A stretch of DNA of 64,000 nucleotides from assembly GCA_965219455.1 (NCBI GenBank), contig OZ244744.1, positions 96,001-160,000 of the forward strand, given 5' to 3'. Position 1 is the first letter of the stretch. Every line of letters starts with the position of its first letter. The translations under genes were made by a program, and so were the position numbers. This DNA is from Candidatus Latescibacterota bacterium (GTDB lineage Bacteria > Latescibacterota > UBA2968 > GCA-2709665). The notes beneath the pieces were generated by a model that searched no databases, was not told where the DNA came from, and saw only the letters and a program-made list of their open reading frames with translations. Positions 58,691 through 64,000 of this stretch are shown here, in pieces.

Positions 58691-60166
58691 TTACTCCGCT
58701 TTTCTGATACGAATCACAATGTCGTGCCGGAATGCGGGCAAAACCATCTGGCACAGGCCGCCGCCTTCATGCGGGATACGGGGAGAATAGACGCCGTCTA
58801 CCGGCGAATAACAGGACATCTCGAACGATCCCGGCGGCAAGTCAAAACAGAGCCTTCCCTCAATCGGCTCGCCGCATCCGGCTTCCTCCCGTTCGCGGCC
58901 GTCGGCCAGATAGATGCAATAGTCCCCGCCCGCAACCGCAATCACCGACTCTACGGTATGGTCCGGCCGCTCCTGCAGCCAACCCGGCATGACGGGGCGC
59001 GCCCTGGCAAGATCGATTGAATGGATAAAGCCGGACAGATGGCCCATCCACCTCCGAATTCCGTTTCGCGAGTCGGGTGTCCCCGCCTCGAGGTACGGCA
59101 AGATGGAAAAGTCGATCATATCGTAGTGCGCCCCTGAAAAGAGCGAGGTCCAGGCCCGCTTGCGATGCACCGTCCATCCTTCAATTTCCTTGTACTGCGT
59201 TGCGATGTTATCCTCATCGTGGTTGAGTGGCTTCGACCGTCCGTAGGTTGCCAGCGTAAAATCACGCAGCGGCCGCAACTTGAGCTGCTTGGACATGAAG
59301 TCACCGAGATCATAACTTAGTCCATCGCACAGGGTATTCGGCAGCGGATGAATATTCACAACGTCGAAATCCATCGCTTGGAACGACCCGTCGGAGGGCT
59401 GATCGAACGGCCTGATCGTCATCGCCTCCTGGCCCGCGATCAGGTGACGATTCGACATCTCACTTTCCAGTTCTCGGATCTGTGCGATGAATTGCGCCTG
59501 CCAGCCATTCACCTCCTCCGAACCGGGCAAATCGTCCGGGCCGGGAAAGTGACACGGTTCGTTGCAGATCTCGTAGATCACGTTCCCGTACCGGTTGGTT
59601 TCGTTGACGATACGCCGCACGTGCGCGCGCTGCCATCCCAGCAGGTCCTTCCGCCTGCACGTCATGTACTCCTGCCAGGGCACTGGCTGATCCGGCGGTT
59701 CCATTGTAATGTTGTTCGCGGGATTCAGTGGATTGAGCGCCCAGACCTCGTCCTTGTAGGTGTTGCTGAAGAGGACCACCTCCACGATAATCCCATACGC
59801 CTCCGCGAGAGACAGAAATGCGTGTAACCGATCGAAAAACTCGGCATTCCACCGCGTCAGATCGAACCGCGGCTGTCCGTCCAGTGCATTTCCGGGCCCG
59901 GTGCGTTCGAACGGCGCAATATAGTCCGGCGATTCGGGCTTGCAGGTTGAATACGGATTTACAGGCGTCTGCAACTCCCTGAACAGCATAAACAACCGTG
60001 TGAGCGTCTGCCCCCTTTCAGCGGCGTCCGCCAGATACCGTTCAAACCGAAACGGCCTGTTTATCACCGCCCCGTAATGTTCGGTCGCACAAAGCAGCAC
60101 CAGGGCGCGCCCCCGATAGTCAAAGACCTTTCGGTTTTCCGGATGAATCCTGATAGCATCAGACAC
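58691..60166 (-). CDS. Glycoside hydrolase clan-A-like (GH5/DUF4038-like) protein with C-terminal beta domain
   Basis: IRIHPEN, DL..WN.EFF.RL, YEICNEP (acid/base), KPLNHDE (putative nucleophile). Confidence 0.72.
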   Translation of the reverse strand: MSDAIRIHPENRKVFDYRGRALVLLCATEHYGAVINRPFRFERYLADAAERGQTLTRLFMLFRELQTPVNPYSTCKPESPDYIAPFERTGPGNALDGQPRFDLTRWNAEFFDRLHAFLSLAEAYGIIVEVVLFSNTYKDEVWALNPLNPANNITMEPPDQPVPWQEYMTCRRKDLLGWQRAHVRRIVNETNRYGNVIYEICNEPCHFPGPDDLPGSEEVNGWQAQFIAQIRELESEMSNRHLIAGQEAMTIRPFDQPSDGSFQAMDFDVVNIHPLPNTLCDGLSYDLGDFMSKQLKLRPLRDFTLATYGRSKPLNHDEDNIATQYKEIEGWTVHRKRAWTSLFSGAHYDMIDFSILPYLEAGTPDSRNGIRRWMGHLSGFIHSIDLARARPVMPGWLQERPDHTVESVIAVAGGDYCIYLADGREREEAGCGEPIEGRLCFDLPPGSFEMSCYSPVDGVYSPRIPHEGGGLCQMVLPAFRHDIVIRIRKAE

Positions 60167-60215
60167 AAGCCTTCCCCTTTTTCGCAAGTGTGTGTGCGGC
60201 TTGGATGACCCGTCT

Positions 60216-61298
60216 TCAAGCGGTGTTATTCCCTGACGCGCCCGATTCCCGTTTCCGTATCAGCCGTGACCACTTCTCCTGAAACCCGCTGCGATGGAAT
60301 ACTTCCGGATTCACCACACCCCGGGGGCGCATCCCGCATGACAGGTCCACCATTCCCTGGCAGGCCGTTCGTCCGATGTCACGGAATAATTCATCCGTCC
60401 AGGCCACCGAATGCGGCGCAAGCAAGACGTTGTCGAATTTTCCAAAACGTTGCGGCTGCAGAATCGGCTCCACCGCAAAACAGTCCAGTGCGGCGCCGGC
60501 AATCGCGCCGGCTTGCAGGGCCTCGAACAACGCATCCTCATCCACGATGCCACCTCTCGCCGTATTGATCAGATAGGCGTCGCGTTTCATCGAGGACAGT
60601 TCCCGCGTTCCGATGAGTCCCTCCGTCTCATCGGTCAACGGACAGTGGATGGATACAAAATCGGAAGCCGCCATCAGCTCCTCGAGCGACACCAGGGACA
60701 CCCCCAGCTTCCGAGCCTCGGGGGGATCGACGTATGGGTCGAATGCCAGGGGCGGATTCATCCCGAACGTACCCAGCAACCGTACCGTCTCCCGTGCGAT
60801 TCCCCCAAGCCCCACGGCCCCGAACGTACGGTCTCTCAGCTCACTTCCCATATATCGGGTTCGTTCATCCCACCCGCCGGTACGCACCAGCCTATCCTTG
60901 ACGCGCATGTGGTGGGTCAGGGCAATCATCCAACCCACGGTTGCCTCGGCCACCGACCTGTCGACCGCACCAGCCGTGATGAGCACGACCACGTCGGCCT
61001 CCGTACAGGCATCCACGTCGACCGAATCGTACCCCACGCCGAACCGGCAGATGGCCAGCAGATTTTCCGGTGCCGACACTGTCCCGGCGGTCACCGCCGG
61101 CGTTAGTACAACCACGCCCTGAACGTCCTTGACCTGGTCGGCCCCGATCTCCGGACGATGTACACTGAAAACCGACGTTCGAATATGGGTCTGGTCGTCA
61201 AATACCGACAGGCCCATATCCCTGAATTTGCAGGTACCGTCAGAATCATAAAAATCGGCGGTCAGCGCCACGCGAAAAATTGCGCCGTCGGGGGACAT
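60216..61298 (-). CDS. D-2-hydroxyacid dehydrogenase (SerA-like)
   Basis: RFGVGYD, GLGGIA, SIHCPLT.ET, INTARG, F..EP, LAPH. Confidence 0.92.
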   Translation of the reverse strand: MSPDGAIFRVALTADFYDSDGTCKFRDMGLSVFDDQTHIRTSVFSVHRPEIGADQVKDVQGVVVLTPAVTAGTVSAPENLLAICRFGVGYDSVDVDACTEADVVVLITAGAVDRSVAEATVGWMIALTHHMRVKDRLVRTGGWDERTRYMGSELRDRTFGAVGLGGIARETVRLLGTFGMNPPLAFDPYVDPPEARKLGVSLVSLEELMAASDFVSIHCPLTDETEGLIGTRELSSMKRDAYLINTARGGIVDEDALFEALQAGAIAGAALDCFAVEPILQPQRFGKFDNVLLAPHSVAWTDELFRDIGRTACQGMVDLSCGMRPRGVVNPEVFHRSGFQEKWSRLIRKRESGASGNNTA

Positions 61299-61314
61299 GC
61301 TCGATGCTTCCTCC

Positions 61315-62736
61315 TCAGAACCGCCCGAATTCCCAGATTAGACACGCCACGGCAAATACGATATATACGAGCGATGCAATCCCCATCATCACGGTGCACA
61401 CCCATCCAGGCCGTGCGGCCGCGGGCAGGTGACGATGGTTGATGTAGAGCGTAAGGGGCGTATAAATCGCCATTGCAAATCCGCCTATATAGGCAGCGTT
61501 GAACAAGAATCCCAATTCACTCACCCCGCGGGCTTCCATCACATACGTAATCAGGCATCCGGCCACGATCCACGTGGCCGCTACGACCAGATACCACCAG
61601 CTCAAATCCCGCTTCCGCGCCCCTTTGAAATTGGTGTAAACCATGTCGGCGATCGATCGCGACACCCCGTCGACGAGAGCAAGCTGAGTACTGAACAGGG
61701 TGGCCAGCCCCACGATCAGAAAAACGTATCTCCCCGTCTCTCCCCAAACCGTTGCCAGGACCTCGGCTTCGTCCCAGATCAGTGTACCCCTGGCGGGTAC
61801 GATCCCATTCGGGTGCAAGACCGCAAGCGCACCAAAGATGAATAGCAAAATGGTTACTGAATTCAGGGCCCAGAAAAACAGCATCTGATCTTTCTTCACA
61901 TAGTCGAACCAGCGCCTGAAATGACCGATATTCTCTTCTGTCTCCTCAAACCGGAATCCGGTGGAGGGCATTGCCTCGGTCTGCCCCCGCAGTGGATTCC
62001 GCATTTTGGGCAAATGCGCGCCCATCCCGATATGCTTGTCGCGCAAGTAGAACGTATAGAAGAGATTGGCCGTACCTCCGGCGCCTGCAAAGACAAGAGC
62101 GATGAACATCGCCTTCACACTCATTCCCGGGTCGATGTAACCGATATTGACGACGCCTCTCCCAAGTGATGCCCAGGTCTCCGCCGATCCAACCGCGTAC
62201 GCGACCACAATCAGGCCAATTGTCACCAGCACCACGAGCAATTCAATGCTCCGTTCGACGGATTGGTAAATCAACTTTGGCCCGAAGAGAATCAGGGCCA
62301 CGCCGGCAAAAGTGATTACCGTCCAGCACGTGTCCGAGCCCCATCCATGCGGCCCCACCAGCAGCGCCTTCAAGGCCAGCCCGGAAGCGCGGCCCCACCC
62401 CGGAGCGATCCAGCTGAATATCGTCAGCAGGATGAATACGGGAGCAAATCCGCGCCACACGCGGCTGTATCCCGTATATACCGTTTCGCCCGTGGCAACC
62501 GTCCAACGCCCCACTTCAAAGTTGATCCAGAGTTGGAGGATAATGCCGACACAGGCCGCCCACACCATGCCGGCTCCGTATTCCGCTACGATGCGTGGCC
62601 AGATAACGATCTCACCCGCACCGATCGAAAGCCCCACCAGAATTGCGCCCGGCCCGGCCAGTTTCCAGAAAGACCGTTTCCGCCCAGGCATCTTTCTGAG
62701 TTCAAAGTCTTTCAGTGGCTCGAAAATACCTGCCAT
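61315..62736 (-). CDS. Nramp/APC-fold secondary transporter (non-canonical)
   Basis: GPGAIL.G.SIGAGE, about 11 TM segments, GAGG..NL.Y; lacks the DPGN metal motif. Confidence 0.8.
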   Translation of the reverse strand: MAGIFEPLKDFELRKMPGRKRSFWKLAGPGAILVGLSIGAGEIVIWPRIVAEYGAGMVWAACVGIILQLWINFEVGRWTVATGETVYTGYSRVWRGFAPVFILLTIFSWIAPGWGRASGLALKALLVGPHGWGSDTCWTVITFAGVALILFGPKLIYQSVERSIELLVVLVTIGLIVVAYAVGSAETWASLGRGVVNIGYIDPGMSVKAMFIALVFAGAGGTANLFYTFYLRDKHIGMGAHLPKMRNPLRGQTEAMPSTGFRFEETEENIGHFRRWFDYVKKDQMLFFWALNSVTILLFIFGALAVLHPNGIVPARGTLIWDEAEVLATVWGETGRYVFLIVGLATLFSTQLALVDGVSRSIADMVYTNFKGARKRDLSWWYLVVAATWIVAGCLITYVMEARGVSELGFLFNAAYIGGFAMAIYTPLTLYINHRHLPAAARPGWVCTVMMGIASLVYIVFAVACLIWEFGRF

Positions 62737-63139
62737 ATAAACTCTCCTTACGGATTCGGCGGCGGCTTTACACCTGCCGGGTGGGGGACGACGAGTGTCC
62801 CTCTTCCAGCGACCACTACAGATGCCGACGTTTCTTCGTCCGGATTCTTACACGTCGTCGGGCCGCCTTTGGGGGTTCAAGCCCGTTCCAGAGTTCAATA
62901 CACGCATCTAAAATACCCTCCGTGAGCGCAAAACACAACCGTTCGACCGGGCGTCCTCATGCGAACGCCACGTGCGGATTCGCTGACGGCCTGATATCCG
63001 GAAAAGTGCGTTTTTCGCGATTCTTTCCGGGCAATCCGGTCAGGAAGGCGTCTATTCGGGTGAGTTGGAGCATCGGCCTGGAACGCCACCGTGTCGATGC
63101 AGGTCGCGAAACAGGTCGTCCGAGTCCGCGGGATTGAAT

Positions 63140-63172
63140 AAAAAAAAAGGCTCGGGGAATTGTCCGGCCTTT
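63140..63172 (-). terminator. Intrinsic terminator
   Basis: Minus strand AAGGC-CGG...CCG-A-GCC followed by T9. Confidence 0.65.
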
Positions 63173-63372
63173 CTCATTTCCGGTTCCGCTGCGATTCGGA
63201 CGACGTTCCAACATCAGGAATCCAATACTCCTTGCAGGGATTCAGGACACTTCTCTATCGATTGGCGACAGGATCTCCCCGCGTTGAGTTGGAAAACCCA
63301 CGCAACGCTGTTTAACACTTCTACGACGCGAAACACCCCGGCCGGGCGTTGTCGATCCTGCTTCGAGTCACG

Positions 63373-63891
63373 CTACCGCACCCGCTTCCAGGTATCCACG
63401 AACACATCGGGAAACGACCCGACCATCTGATCACCCTGAAACTCCTCGCTGTACCCTCTCTCGTGCGTGATGCAAATCAGACCGTCTTCCAGCGTAATTT
63501 TACCCTTTTCGACCTTGACCTTGTGATAAATTGTAATGGGCGCTTCGGATGACGAGCGATAACCCTGTCGGAAGAGCAGATACCGGGAACGCGTAATCGC
63601 GGAGGTCGAGATCTCGTACTTGCTTGCGGCAAAGTTAAATGTCCTGGGCTTTTCGCCGCCCGCATCGACCAGCATGTTCAGGGTGACGTGGGCTTTTCGC
63701 GAATCGATGGGCTGCCACGAGAACATGCCCGAAACCTCGGGTTTTCGAAGCACCGTCCCGTCCGGCAGCAGTCGGGACTCCAATTCCCACGTGCCCGCAA
63801 GTTGCTCCTGCATCTGTGCCAGTCGGTCGCTACAGCCCAGAGCAAGCCCCGCGCTCACCATCAAAATAACGAACATCAATCGGCCATTCAT
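63373..63891 (-). CDS. Hypothetical lipoprotein (lipocalin-like N-terminal motif)
   Basis: GGAG RBS, MNGRLMFVILMVSAGLALGC lipobox, LAGTWEL, terminal WKRVR. Confidence 0.7.
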   Translation of the reverse strand: MNGRLMFVILMVSAGLALGCSDRLAQMQEQLAGTWELESRLLPDGTVLRKPEVSGMFSWQPIDSRKAHVTLNMLVDAGGEKPRTFNFAASKYEISTSAITRSRYLLFRQGYRSSSEAPITIYHKVKVEKGKITLEDGLICITHERGYSEEFQGDQMVGSFPDVFVDTWKRVR

Positions 63892-64000
63892 CGCTGTCTC
63901 CATAAGGTCCATCCAGGCATCCGGCGGGGCGCCGCTCAGCGCCCAGCCCTGTAACACGCGGAACAGTATATTCCCGGGAATCCGCTCTGTCAAGAAAAAA

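Noticed and set aside
62737-63139. Short ORFs upstream of the Nramp-like transporter, including a 19-codon GGAGG-preceded ORF on the minus strand
   Set aside because: No recognisable motif or biased codon content supporting a leader peptide.

Overview
GC-rich, gene-dense bacterial chromosomal segment with about 57 genes. I found no rRNA, tRNA, CRISPR array, transposase or integrase. A diderm envelope is indicated by lipoproteins and beta-barrels. The many paralogous Gfo/Idh/MocA, xylose-isomerase-like TIM-barrel and PhyH genes, plus a C-terminal 'DFDxSGQVDFxDFLLFAxNFG' Ca-binding repeat, suggest a Latescibacterota/Gemmatimonadota-like lineage (inference only). Housekeeping genes: dppABC, uvrB-nadC-birA-coaX, prmA, ssb, a threonine-synthase-like gene and a ferredoxin:thioredoxin reductase subunit. 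Most of the rest is carbohydrate/small-molecule catabolism and envelope genes. Most notable: (1) an apparent full-length bacterial homologue of animal OSGIN1/2 flavoproteins; (2) two DUF3179 lipoprotein + beta-barrel modules, one lacking the motif Cys; (3) a TraR/DksA zinc-finger fusion gene pair beside a promoter-plus-terminator unit of about 50 nt; (4) an orphan Helicase_C_3-WYL protein; (5) a TIM-barrel gene collapsed in-frame at a GFDG motif; (6) an amber-interrupted small membrane ORF. Start codons were adjusted by eye from the ORF track. Family assignments come from motif recognition and memory, not database searches.
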